From: Stenotrophomonas phage IME13 | Reading direction: 5' to 3' (one strand) | Sequence record: JX306041.1 | DNA length: 24,000 nt | Shown here: piece by piece, positions 14,404-23,012 of the stretch | Position numbering within the stretch: position 1 is the first letter of the stretch | How the letters are laid out: every line of letters begins with the position of its first letter | Made by a program: the position numbers and the translations under genes | The notes under the pieces: model-generated | What the model was told of the DNA's origin: nothing | The model's input: the letters and a program-made list of their open reading frames with translations, nothing else | The model's database searches: none

Positions 14404-15676
14404 AAATCAATTCCTGTGCAACATCCGGGTCTCTGCAATATTGATGCAAACACGGAGTAAAAAGATATGCATTATCGAATGTTGAACCCTGTGATTTATG
14501 AAATGTCATTGCACCCAAGGGTCGAACTTTAACGAAAGTATTACGTATTGCCCAGAAGTCTTTCCAGTTGGGGAAAACTTCACGACTTCTATATTTTTCA
14601 GCAATAATAGACAAAAATTCGTTTATTGCATATTGAGTATTTTGGTCATGAACAACCGTAAACCACGCCCGTCTATAGTCATCTTCATCTTCTTCATAAG
14701 ATTCACACTCGAGCATTGTGCATTCGACTTCAATTTCGCCGACACCTTTTGCTTTAAGCGTTTTACGAGAAGGTTTGACGTTTATAACCCGTACGTTTTG
14801 TCCATTGTTGAAAATGACTTCTTTTAGAGTTTGGCCACCAATGTCTATGTCAAACATGAGTGGTTCTTGCATGACCAGTATTTCATCCGGCAAGAATGGC
14901 GCAGCGTTTGCTCCATACAGCTGTTTGCGAATAACGGAATTTAGCTTATCAACAGAATTGTTTGTGTAAGCCATTATGCGATTTTCAAGTAGGTCATTAG
15001 GCGTTTTTGTTCTTTCAAAATATTTCGAAAGAAAATCTTTGACCGTATGAAATTGCTTTACTCCATTGCCAGAATCGTCAAGCTTTTCATAAATCCATTT
15101 GCCATTTCGGATATCTGTTGCAACTTCAATGATTGGGCCTTGGTGACGTTTTACTTCGGTCAATTCAACTTGTTCAAATCGATTGTCCGTAAAGAATGGA
15201 CTAAGTTCATGCGTATCATCTTCTGATACTCCACGAATTTGCGCCTTATCGCCAATGCCGATAACAACACAATGTGACGGAACGTTTCGCATCAAAATGT
15301 CAAACAATTTGCGCGTATAAAACGATACTTCATCACAAATAAGCACACGTGTTTTGGAGAAGTCAGGAGTACCTTTCTGCTCAAAAATTTGATTTTCTTC
15401 AAGAGTGCTTGGGTTAATCTTCAAGACAGACTGAATTGTATATGACTTACGCAAGGCATGCTTGGACAATTCTTTCTTTGCTTGGTGTGTAGGTGCTGTG
15501 AGAACAATACCTTGTTGGCCGGTCTGGAAAAGACGTTCAAGCAAAAAACGGGTCATAGTAGTTTTACCAGAGCCTGCAGGCCCTCGAATGGTAATATGAC
15601 GTTTAGTTCTCATTGCTTGGAGTGCTTTTTCAATAGCATCTTTTTGGCCAACAGTCAAATCATCATATGTTACCAT
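14360..15676 (-). CDS. dda: Dda-like SF1B DNA helicase
   Basis: 438 aa; IRGPAGSGKTT (Walker A), LICDEVSF, GIGDKAQIR, MTFHKSQGSTF, ELIYVGNTRARKNV. Confidence 0.95.
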   Translation of the reverse strand: MVTYDDLTVGQKDAIEKALQAMRTKRHITIRGPAGSGKTTMTRFLLERLFQTGQQGIVLTAPTHQAKKELSKHALRKSYTIQSVLKINPSTLEENQIFEQKGTPDFSKTRVLICDEVSFYTRKLFDILMRNVPSHCVVIGIGDKAQIRGVSEDDTHELSPFFTDNRFEQVELTEVKRHQGPIIEVATDIRNGKWIYEKLDDSGNGVKQFHTVKDFLSKYFERTKTPNDLLENRIMAYTNNSVDKLNSVIRKQLYGANAAPFLPDEILVMQEPLMFDIDIGGQTLKEVIFNNGQNVRVINVKPSRKTLKAKGVGEIEVECTMLECESYEEDEDDYRRAWFTVVHDQNTQYAINEFLSIIAEKYRSREVFPNWKDFWAIRNTFVKVRPLGAMTFHKSQGSTFDNAYLFTPCLHQYCRDPDVAQELIYVGNTRARKNVCFV

Positions 15677-15678
15677 TT

Positions 15679-15990
15679 TTACCTCATTTGTTTTGGCATC
15701 ACATTAATATCGACGATATGCATTGTATCACACATTCGTTTATGCGTATTGGCCAAATATTCCGACGGCTTGTTGATTGCGACTATCATTGGAGGCCCAA
15801 ATAGTCGTTTTTTGACGACTTTTGTTCCTTTCAAATACTCTGTTATGGCTTCTTTCGCTTTCTGCACATTAGCTTCGGCATCTTCCCATGAGTTATGGAA
15901 TACAACGCCGCCGAATGAGCCATACAAATTGCCATCCAAAAAATGACAGAATCCTTCGACGTCTTTCCATTGGATTACATATTTTTTCAT
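15679..15990 (-). CDS. Hypothetical protein (103 aa)
   Basis: Minus-strand ORF immediately upstream of dda. Confidence 0.75.
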   Translation of the reverse strand: MKKYVIQWKDVEGFCHFLDGNLYGSFGGVVFHNSWEDAEANVQKAKEAITEYLKGTKVVKKRLFGPPMIVAINKPSEYLANTHKRMCDTMHIVDINVMPKQMR

Positions 15991-15993
15991 GAA

Positions 15994-16185
15994 TCACCCG
16001 TGGCAGAAAATATATCCATTTCCATTGGGATTATTGACAACTTTTATATCGGGAATGAACGTCATATCAAACTTTTCTGATTTAAAAGTGTAATTAACCC
16101 GGATTAGAACACCGTTGGGTGTATTCATAGCAAATGTTACGCCATGATTGTCCCTGTTAATTTCAATCCATTTGACTTCATACAT
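15994..16185 (-). CDS. Hypothetical small protein (63 aa)
   Basis: Start revised from 16260: GAGGATTTTTGTTATG precedes MYEVKWIEINRDNHG. Confidence 0.65.
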   Translation of the reverse strand: MYEVKWIEINRDNHGVTFAMNTPNGVLIRVNYTFKSEKFDMTFIPDIKVVNNPNGNGYIFCHG

Positions 16186-16309
16186 AACAAAAATCCTCAT
16201 ATTTGATTGTTTGAAATGGAATATATGGGGCGTAAATATCCGCCCTCCCTTCTTCAACATCTAGTTTGCGCAAGCGATTGATTTCATCAATTTCATCTTG
16301 TTCAAGCAT
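16178..16309 (-). CDS. Hypothetical very small protein (43 aa)
   Basis: Hand-translated MLEQDEIDEINRLRKLDVEEGRADIYAPYIPFQTIKYEDF...; TAATG coupling to the gp56 stop and overlap with the next ORF start; fills the gap exactly. Confidence 0.6.
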   Translation of the reverse strand: MLEQDEIDEINRLRKLDVEEGRADIYAPYIPFQTIKYEDFCYV

Positions 16310-16824
16310 TAGTATCCATTCTCCTGCCTTGCGAAGTTTTCGGCATTTTTCAAATAATAGAGCTTGAAGATTTCATCGCCATCCATGCCCATCGCAATGA
16401 TCTTGTTAAGAACAAAATGCATTTGGTCAATCAACTCAAATTTTGCTTCAAGTTGGTCTTCAGGCGACAATTCAGAAAATAGTCGATTACGGTATTCATC
16501 ATGTTCGGCGCGCCATGGTTTCCAGATCGCATTCGGTTTGGGATTACTCATTCCACCCAAAGCGGTATAATGCTCGCGAATCTCATCTGCAATATAATCA
16601 TCCTGTGCTTGGCACCAGTCAAGAATTTCGCCACAAGTTTTAAGCTCTCGTGGGTCGCGATTGTATTTCGGGTGCCGCTGTGCGAGCTCAATTTGAAGTT
16701 GACGTTGCATATCAATCATTCGATTGAGAGGATTCTCGTTGGCAATAAGGCAATCATACAGCGCATTTACTGCCTTATCCATATTACCAGTTAGTTGTGC
16801 GCATTCATTGAATTGGGGTGTCAT
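16309..16824 (-). CDS. 56: dCTP pyrophosphatase (gp56-like)
   Basis: 171 aa; FNECAQL...MQRQLQIELAQRHP...SPEDQLEAKFELIDQMHFVLN...DEIFKLYYLKNAENFARQENGY closely resembles T4 gp56. Confidence 0.94.
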   Translation of the reverse strand: MTPQFNECAQLTGNMDKAVNALYDCLIANENPLNRMIDMQRQLQIELAQRHPKYNRDPRELKTCGEILDWCQAQDDYIADEIREHYTALGGMSNPKPNAIWKPWRAEHDEYRNRLFSELSPEDQLEAKFELIDQMHFVLNKIIAMGMDGDEIFKLYYLKNAENFARQENGY

Positions 16825-16850
16825 TTTGTTCTCCTATGTTAGTTGTAGTA

Positions 16851-16856
16851 ATTATA
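16851..16856 (-). promoter_or_regulatory. Extended -10 element (TGATATAAT) upstream of gene 56
   Basis: Same TGATATAAT string as upstream of gene 39 and ORF 21901-22227; no convincing -35. Confidence 0.35.
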
Positions 16857-16881
16857 TCACTTTTCGACACAGACAGCAGTA

Positions 16882-17571
16882 TTACCACGTCGTTCCTATT
16901 GCCATAGCTTCGCAGACTTGACGACTTTTTTGAATATTCATTTTCAAATTATCGATGGTCATATTGATAAAACCAGTTTCGATTTTATACTCTACAGATT
17001 TGAATTCATTAATTAGACCAGCTGAACGAGCTTGAGCTACCCATCTGCCCATCACATCGTTGCGAACTATCCTGTACGCGCAGTCGCGCATCCAAATCGG
17101 AGCATTTTTGTCACGGTAATCTGTGTAGCTCGTTTTTCCACGAAAGTTGAGTTCATCCCCTTGTTTTGCTTGCCGAATGAGATCTGCCACCGTGTCTTTT
17201 TCGACAGGCCGATTACTTGTAGCTTTAGCGGAATCGGTTCGGACAATTTCAGAATGTGGTTTTTTCTGAACACCTTCCAATTCGGCAATAATCTGCAACT
17301 CAATGATGCGGTCAGTCATATTGTCTTTTAGTTCAGACAATGATGTTGAAGCATTCCGTGTTTTGATATACGCACGCTGGTCAACTTTAACCCCGGGGAT
17401 ATGCGATACCGCCTTAAATGCTTCTGCCATTTGTTCATCCAGCAAAGAAATTTCTGGAACAGCGCAAATAGCTTTCTCGATAGCATTCAGATTTTTTACT
17501 TGACAATCGAAGCTAGCAGCAGAAGCTGTAGAAGCAGCGAATAATAGAGCAGCAATAGTCAGAGCTTTCAT
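16882..17571 (-). CDS. Secreted protein with N-terminal signal peptide and LprI-like (DUF1311-type) domain
   Basis: 229 aa; MKALTIAALLFAASTASA signal peptide, then SFDCQVKNLNAIEKAICAVPEISLLDEQMAEAFKAV...QRAYIKTRN...RIIELQ. Confidence 0.75.
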   Translation of the reverse strand: MKALTIAALLFAASTASAASFDCQVKNLNAIEKAICAVPEISLLDEQMAEAFKAVSHIPGVKVDQRAYIKTRNASTSLSELKDNMTDRIIELQIIAELEGVQKKPHSEIVRTDSAKATSNRPVEKDTVADLIRQAKQGDELNFRGKTSYTDYRDKNAPIWMRDCAYRIVRNDVMGRWVAQARSAGLINEFKSVEYKIETGFINMTIDNLKMNIQKSRQVCEAMAIGTTW

Positions 17572-17681
17572 GTTTTGTTCTCCGTATTTTGCATATCGCG
17601 GACAGCCTCCATCGCGCCGCGATCGAATTCATTAAAGTCAAAAGCCCACTTATATCCACGTTTATAAAGCTCAGATTTCAT
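17568..17681 (-). CDS. Hypothetical very small protein (37 aa)
   Basis: Hand-translated MKSELYKRGYKWAFDFNEFDRGAMEAVRDMQNTENKT*; overlaps both neighbours by a few nt. Confidence 0.6.
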   Translation of the reverse strand: MKSELYKRGYKWAFDFNEFDRGAMEAVRDMQNTENKT

Positions 17682-18132
17682 TCATTTTTTCCTTATATTC
17701 GTCAATCTGCTTAAGTTGCTGAATTTGTTTTTCAGTCAACTTATGCTTTTCAGGAATCATCTCGGAAATCCTCGTGCGACTCAGCGAGATGTCAGCTTTT
17801 GACGGTTCCCATTCGCCAAACAAATGAGTGTATTCAGGGAAGAAAATTTCAACTTTCCAATTGTCAGTCGCCGAATAGCCGCGTTTTGTCATTTCTTCCA
17901 TTAGCATCAGATATCGATCGCGTAGCCAAGCCAATTTGTTGTAAAAGAAAGTTACATGCCCTCGACCACCGAGAGGGTTTTTATTTGTGCGAACGGTAAA
18001 TTTTGATGGAATTTTACCAGTCTTTCCGTTTTTCTTGATCAAAATGCTCGCAACCCGAGGATTCTCATACCATTCGCCTATGAGGTGAGCATTGCACAAT
18101 AGAGAAGGATGTTCGAGATTTATGCGTGTCAT
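17671..18132 (-). CDS. denV: Pyrimidine dimer DNA glycosylase / AP lyase (T4 endonuclease V family)
   Basis: MTRINLEHPSLLCNAHLIGEWYENPRV with Thr2 and Glu23 conserved; GGRGHVTFFYNKLAWLRDR matches T4 GAGHVTFFYDKLEFLRKR; C-terminus more diverged. Confidence 0.88.
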   Translation of the reverse strand: MTRINLEHPSLLCNAHLIGEWYENPRVASILIKKNGKTGKIPSKFTVRTNKNPLGGRGHVTFFYNKLAWLRDRYLMLMEEMTKRGYSATDNWKVEIFFPEYTHLFGEWEPSKADISLSRTRISEMIPEKHKLTEKQIQQLKQIDEYKEKMNEI

Positions 18133-18174
18133 GATATACTCCGTTGTTTTAATCAGTTTGTTTGGTATGATGAT

Positions 18175-18203
18175 ATAGTATCATCTTTAGAGATAGTGTA
18201 CAC
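18175..18203 (-). promoter_or_regulatory. Early-type promoter GTGTAC-17-TACTAT with inverted repeat spanning the -10
   Basis: -35 at 18198-18203, -10 at 18175-18180; GATGATA-TAG-TATCATC at 18169-18185. Confidence 0.65.
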
Positions 18204-18234
18204 TGTTTTGTTCGTCATCGTTCAATAAAAACAA

Positions 18235-18258
18235 CTAAGGCCTCCGAAGAGGCCTTAG
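18235..18258 (-). terminator. Hairpin terminator with C(UUCG)G loop overlapping the gene 61 stop codon
   Basis: CTAAGGCCTC-TTCG-GAGGCCTTAG on the minus strand followed by TTGTTTTTATT. Confidence 0.8.
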
Positions 18259-19259
18259 CAACGCTTCCATTTGCCAAATCGCAGTTTTGCTTGCAAACCC
18301 GACACGACGTTGTCCTTGCAATACTGGAGAATATCTTCGGCAGTTGCATTTTCCTTCATTATCATATCGTTTACATCTTTGGACGCCCAAGCACACCTGT
18401 CCCACATCACAACTCGTTCACCTGCATCAATTAGTCTAGACAGTCGCTTGCACGTATCAGGATGAAATGGTTCATTATCAAGAACCCATACTCGAGTGCT
18501 TTTGAATGGAACTTCACTTAATGCAAGACTACCGCCAGTGATAGCTCCAGAATTCGGAATGAAGAGGGAGTCAATTGGTCCTTCCATAAACCATACAGTT
18601 CGGTTCCCATCAATTGTGTCCATTCCGTAAATTTTTGATGCATCTTCATGAGCCTTTATGGTGATGTATTTGTTTGGACTAGCTGATAGAGCTCTTCCCT
18701 GAAAAGACTGGATTTCACCATTTTTGTCAAATATTGGGATAACCAATCTATTTTCCGGCGATTCGCGTGTATACGTATCTGGTGAAATAGAATTTACCAA
18801 TTTCTGCCATTCGCGAGTAAACCATAACCGCTTATATGCTGATTCTGGTATTTTTCTGTTTGCGACATATTTTACTATAGGATGGTTCGCTGGTAGCAAA
18901 TCTAGACGATCACAAAAATTTAACTTTTCAATCACTGGCATCTTTTTGGTGAAGAGATTTTCTACTGGTTTTGCTTCTGGCTTGAAGACAGTGCTTTCTT
19001 TCCTTCTTTCTAATAGCCATTCACGATAAAGTTCTTCTTCTCGTTCCTTTAAATACCCGCCCAAATTGCTATGATAACCACAGTTAAAGCAATGAACTTG
19101 CCACTCGCCCTTCTTCTCATACATCCAAAAGCGGGCTTTGTTCATGTCCGTCATGGAATCACCACATATTGGACATCTTGAATTGAACTTTCCCTTCTTT
19201 CGTTTGAATTTTGGCAAATGCATCATTGCTCGTTCAGCAAACAAAAAATCAGCAAACAT
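18255..19259 (-). CDS. 61: DNA primase (gp61-like)
   Basis: MFADFLFAERAMMHLPKFK...SRCPICGDSMTDMNKARFWMY...CFNCGYHSNLGGYLKE; start revised from 19361 using TTTGGAGTTATTATG. Confidence 0.93.
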   Translation of the reverse strand: MFADFLFAERAMMHLPKFKRKKGKFNSRCPICGDSMTDMNKARFWMYEKKGEWQVHCFNCGYHSNLGGYLKEREEELYREWLLERRKESTVFKPEAKPVENLFTKKMPVIEKLNFCDRLDLLPANHPIVKYVANRKIPESAYKRLWFTREWQKLVNSISPDTYTRESPENRLVIPIFDKNGEIQSFQGRALSASPNKYITIKAHEDASKIYGMDTIDGNRTVWFMEGPIDSLFIPNSGAITGGSLALSEVPFKSTRVWVLDNEPFHPDTCKRLSRLIDAGERVVMWDRCAWASKDVNDMIMKENATAEDILQYCKDNVVSGLQAKLRFGKWKRC

Positions 19260-19293
19260 AATAACTCCAAATGGGGCTCTTGGCCCCATTATA

Positions 19294-19578
19294 CTACGAC
19301 AAAAATCCATTAGCATCCAATTGCCGACATGCTTCCAACAGAATTTCACGGCGTTGAGCATATTCTAAACGTGAGAATGGCTTTCCTTGTGTAACCAGGT
19401 ATGAATCAATTTCTGCAGCATTAACAGCCATCTCATACACAACATCCTTCATCATGTTTGGTAAGCAATTCGTGTAGATTGTTTTCAGAATATTGAGATG
19501 AGGCTGATTTCTAAGATTCTTTAATGCCACATGACCTAAAGCCTCACATGCTTCTTGAGCGGCTTCGAACGTAATCAT
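19294..19578 (-). CDS. Hypothetical protein (94 aa)
   Basis: Minus-strand ORF between genes 61 and 41. Confidence 0.75.
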   Translation of the reverse strand: MITFEAAQEACEALGHVALKNLRNQPHLNILKTIYTNCLPNMMKDVVYEMAVNAAEIDSYLVTQGKPFSRLEYAQRREILLEACRQLDANGFLS

Positions 19579-19760
19579 TTCTTCTTTTCCTTCTTAGGAA
19601 GGACTTTAGGCCCAGGGGAAATGACTGCGCCAGAAGTTTTACCAGCTGCGATGTTGACTGGGTCTCCTCCAGAATCACCAGCCACAACGTCTTCGTCAAC
19701 CTGTATATCCATATTGACATGATCTTTCTGTTTACCAGAACACTCTAGAAATGTTTTCAT
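19575..19760 (-). CDS. Hypothetical small protein (61 aa)
   Basis: 4-nt overlap with the next ORF; Lys-rich C-terminus PKVLPKKEKKK. Confidence 0.65.
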   Translation of the reverse strand: MKTFLECSGKQKDHVNMDIQVDEDVVAGDSGGDPVNIAAGKTSGAVISPGPKVLPKKEKKK

Positions 19761-19793
19761 CGTCAGTTTCCTATATAGATGGCCGTTAGGCCA

Positions 19794-21206
19794 TCAGAAA
19801 TGCATCGTAGCGGCAAGTTCGTCAAGATGTTGTCTTGAGTTATTTCCCTTCGTATTGTCAGCTTGTCTCGGAGAAGGCGTATTTGGCGTTCCCGGCCTCG
19901 ATTGTTCTTCTTCTACATCGTACCATCTCTGGTTGCCCTTTTTAACACCCATTTTGAATTTGTTAATCCAATTTTTATCTCCATACCGCGATTTTATCTG
20001 CTTCATCAATTGGAGACCCATTTGAGCTAACTCTTCGGTTTCCATCACTGCGAGCATAAAATCAGCAGTTGCTGGTAATCCAGCAGATTCAGCTACGTCA
20101 GACATGTCGATGTCGGTCGAATCCCATGCAGATCGAGTAGTTTGAGCACCAGTCCATAGAACAACTTGATGTTGGACAGCAAGACCACGTAATTCTTCGG
20201 CAATAGCTTTTACCAAAGTATACGAGTTCTCAGAACCTCCACGAATTCGCGTGGACGCACAGATACCCAGATAGTCCACAATAACAACATCTGCTTTGAA
20301 GTTTTTCTTCAGCTTCAGCTCGTTCAAAAACGCATTGAAATGATTAGCATTTGCACCAGAAGTTGGATATTGCTTGATAATCAAACGACCCATATTTCTG
20401 GATTTCAGACGCTCCATCCGAGCTTTATACTCAGCAAAGCTCATGTTGCCATCATCTATTTCGTCAAGTGTGACATCAAGCAAGTTGGCATCTATACGTT
20501 TGGCAACAACATGTTCAGCCATCTCCATCGAGAAATAAACGACGTTTTTGCCAGTTTGGAGATAATCTGCGGCCAAAGAGCAAAGACCAAGAGATTTACC
20601 AACGTTGACGCCTGCCATGATAACGTTTAGCGTGCCAAGTTCTGCACCGCCCTTGGTTATTTTATTCAGAACATTTGAGATGAACGGGACTTTATTTGCT
20701 TTGGATTGATAAAGCATGTAACGTCGTTCATAATCTTCAAACCAATCATGTCCGACTGAGCCATCAAACGAAATAGCCAACGCTTCTTTCATCAAATCTT
20801 CGATTGCGCCAACATCCGGCAATTTCTTATTTCGTTCTTCGAATGGTTTGGCTGCATTTTCCTGTATCTCGATTGCCTTAGACAACGCGTTATACATCGC
20901 TTGGTCTTTGCAGTAAGATTCAGTTTCTTTAATTAACCAGGCATGATCTTCTGGTTTAGAAGACAGACGAGCCAAAACTTCCTTCACACCGTTGTGAGTT
21001 ACTTGATCGATAGATTTTTTGTCAAGTGCAATTGTTAGCGCGGTTTTGGTGGGAATAGTGTTGTATTCGTTTACGTGCTTTTGGATTAGTTTGAAAATTT
21101 CACGATAAGGCCCACGGTCGAAATAATCTTCTTTTATGTACGGGTACGCCGAAATAAAGTACGTATTGTTGAAGAGAAGGTTCTCCAATATTGTTTCTGG
21201 CATCAT
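19794..21206 (-). CDS. 41: Replicative DNA helicase (gp41-like, DnaB family)
   Basis: 470 aa; MAGVNVGKSLGLCSLAADYLQTGKNVVYFSMEM, VVIVDYLGIC, LWTGAQTTRSAW. Confidence 0.95.
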   Translation of the reverse strand: MMPETILENLLFNNTYFISAYPYIKEDYFDRGPYREIFKLIQKHVNEYNTIPTKTALTIALDKKSIDQVTHNGVKEVLARLSSKPEDHAWLIKETESYCKDQAMYNALSKAIEIQENAAKPFEERNKKLPDVGAIEDLMKEALAISFDGSVGHDWFEDYERRYMLYQSKANKVPFISNVLNKITKGGAELGTLNVIMAGVNVGKSLGLCSLAADYLQTGKNVVYFSMEMAEHVVAKRIDANLLDVTLDEIDDGNMSFAEYKARMERLKSRNMGRLIIKQYPTSGANANHFNAFLNELKLKKNFKADVVIVDYLGICASTRIRGGSENSYTLVKAIAEELRGLAVQHQVVLWTGAQTTRSAWDSTDIDMSDVAESAGLPATADFMLAVMETEELAQMGLQLMKQIKSRYGDKNWINKFKMGVKKGNQRWYDVEEEQSRPGTPNTPSPRQADNTKGNNSRQHLDELAATMHF

Positions 21207-21943
21207 GATTTATTCTCCGGCGGAACAAAGCCTTTTTCGGCAAATTCTTTAACTAGATTTTGTAACTCATTTCGGGTGTAATTATATATCGAATTCGTTG
21301 ACAGCCAACTAGAAAATTTAACCTTTTTGAGTTTACCTGATTCAACCCAGAGATTATAGAGATCTTCTTTTTCGCTATTCCATCTCGCGCCGGTGCGCTG
21401 ATGTGTCAACCCAGTAAAAGCAATTGACATATTACGCTTAGCCTCATCCGATCTTTTAAGACCTTTAAGAGCTAAACTCATTTTAGCTCTAGATTCAGCT
21501 GTATGTTTACTACCATACCGAGGATTATTTGACCCCCTAGCTCTAATTGTTCCAGTGTTGTGGTGCAATTCTCCTCGATAGTTCAGCGTAGCTTCAGCCA
21601 AAATGCTTTTGAGTTCATCGCAATCAAAGTCCTTCCTGGTTGATTGGGTTCCTTTCAGGTTCACTATAGCGCTAATGCCGGCCCACGCTTTAGGGTCATT
21701 TGTTGCTCTCGCTAATGCCAGATGCGCTCGACAATGATCAATATACGACAACTTAGCCTTATTCCATGGGTATATTTCGAATGATTCAAATTCGATGAAG
21801 ATTGACGTTGGTAAAATATGATGCCATTCGCCATTGCAATCGTATCTGCCGCATATAGTGAGATACTCATCTATCAGAGTTTCATCTACGTTATATCTTG
21901 TCAAAAGATGTTCTTTAGCGATAACCAGATTCGTTTCCACCAC
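21203..21943 (-). mobile_element. Free-standing HNH homing endonuclease with NUMOD3-like repeats (coding ORF)
   Basis: 246 aa; EWHHILPTSIF...LSYIDHCRAHLALARA (HNH); NNPRYGSKHTAESRAKMSLALKG / RSDEAKRNMSIAFTG (NUMOD3-like); C-terminal HTH-like segment. Confidence 0.88.
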
Positions 21944-22227
21944 GGCTCATTTTCCTCTTTTTCTTTGTCTTCTTTCATAATTTGGTTAATCTGAGCATTC
22001 ATAGCTTCATGAACAAGCTGATGAATTTCATCATTTTCATTAACTGCTTTGTAATCTACATGCAGTTTTCCATCATGTATATGAGCATCAAAAATATAAA
22101 CAAGATGTGATTTGCCAGATTTATCGATTATCAGCAGCTCTTGTTTAACGTTTTCCATAGCATGCTGTATAAGAGCATGGGCGTCATTTAAGTTTTTGGG
22201 AGTTTCATCATCAGTGGTAGATGTCAT
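21901..22227 (-). CDS. Hypothetical protein (108 aa)
   Basis: Minus-strand ORF between genes 41 and 42, promoter-like element upstream. Confidence 0.75.
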   Translation of the reverse strand: MTSTTDDETPKNLNDAHALIQHAMENVKQELLIIDKSGKSHLVYIFDAHIHDGKLHVDYKAVNENDEIHQLVHEAMNAQINQIMKEDKEKEENEPWWKRIWLSLKNIF

Positions 22228-22250
22228 AAATGTTCCCTTTGTGTGGTGAC

Positions 22251-22279
22251 ATTATATCAACCCTATAAAGATTCTAAAC
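22251..22279 (-). promoter_or_regulatory. Promoter candidate GTTTAG-17-TATAAT with 12-bp inverted repeat at the -35
   Basis: -35 at 22274-22279, -10 at 22251-22256. Confidence 0.5.
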
Positions 22280-22307
22280 ATAGCGAGCATACTATTGCTC
22301 GCTATGT
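22278..22307. repeat. Perfect 12-bp inverted repeat (hairpin or operator) downstream of gene 42
   Basis: ACATAGCGAGCA (22278-22289), TACTAT loop, TGCTCGCTATGT (22296-22307). Confidence 0.9.
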
Positions 22308-22319
22308 CGAAATTGAGAA

Positions 22320-23003
22320 TTATTGAGCAATATATTGTTCAATGAGACCAAAATGTCTTTCATACACATGGAGTGAATCAGCACACCAGTAGATATCACC
22401 CTTTTCTACCATGATTTCATGGGATTGAAGAGTATCAACCAGTCTAGACAAAACATAATCCTGCCACGCCCAGTCATTCCGATAACCAAAAATAGCGTCA
22501 TTTGACCTCATATGAACGACTGCATTCAGTTTTCCATCCCGAATCTGGTATTGGACGTTATTAGTACACATGAAATCAGACATACCATTTGCATTGTAAT
22601 CAGTATGCATAGACGGTCGAGTATAAATCATGTTTGCACGACGAGTGTATGGATTTTCAATTAGATGTTTGACAACATTTGCAAACTGATTTCCATTTTC
22701 TTCGCTGAAAATAGCCCAGCCATAATTGGAGTTGATCATACCGTTACAATCTGCAACAGCTTCCCAAATTGCTGGGGTTTTACCTGGAATATCAGCAACA
22801 TAACGAGATTGACTCAAATACCAAGACAACTCTCGCTCAATATAATCGTGATTAAGTTTACCGAAAATTAGATCTTCATCGGCCTTAAACATAACTGGGG
22901 CAATTTCGACAGTTTTAACCCCGGATTTGTCAGTAACAAATTCATTTGATTTGTATTTTGACACCATGATGTCACGAATATCTTGAACAGTCATATAACA
23001 CAT
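22320..23003 (-). CDS. 42: dCMP hydroxymethylase (gp42-like)
   Basis: 227 aa; INSNYGWAIFSEENGNQ, RRANMIYTRPSMHTDYNANGMSDFMCTNNVQYQIRD, VVHMRSNDAIFGYRNDWAWQ. Confidence 0.95.
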   Translation of the reverse strand: MCYMTVQDIRDIMVSKYKSNEFVTDKSGVKTVEIAPVMFKADEDLIFGKLNHDYIERELSWYLSQSRYVADIPGKTPAIWEAVADCNGMINSNYGWAIFSEENGNQFANVVKHLIENPYTRRANMIYTRPSMHTDYNANGMSDFMCTNNVQYQIRDGKLNAVVHMRSNDAIFGYRNDWAWQDYVLSRLVDTLQSHEIMVEKGDIYWCADSLHVYERHFGLIEQYIAQ

Positions 23004-23012
23004 ACTATTTCC

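Noticed and set aside
14247-14453. Minus-strand 68-aa ORF overlapping the dda C-terminus and ORF 14185-14403
   Set aside because: Alternative frame over two supported ORFs, no motif.
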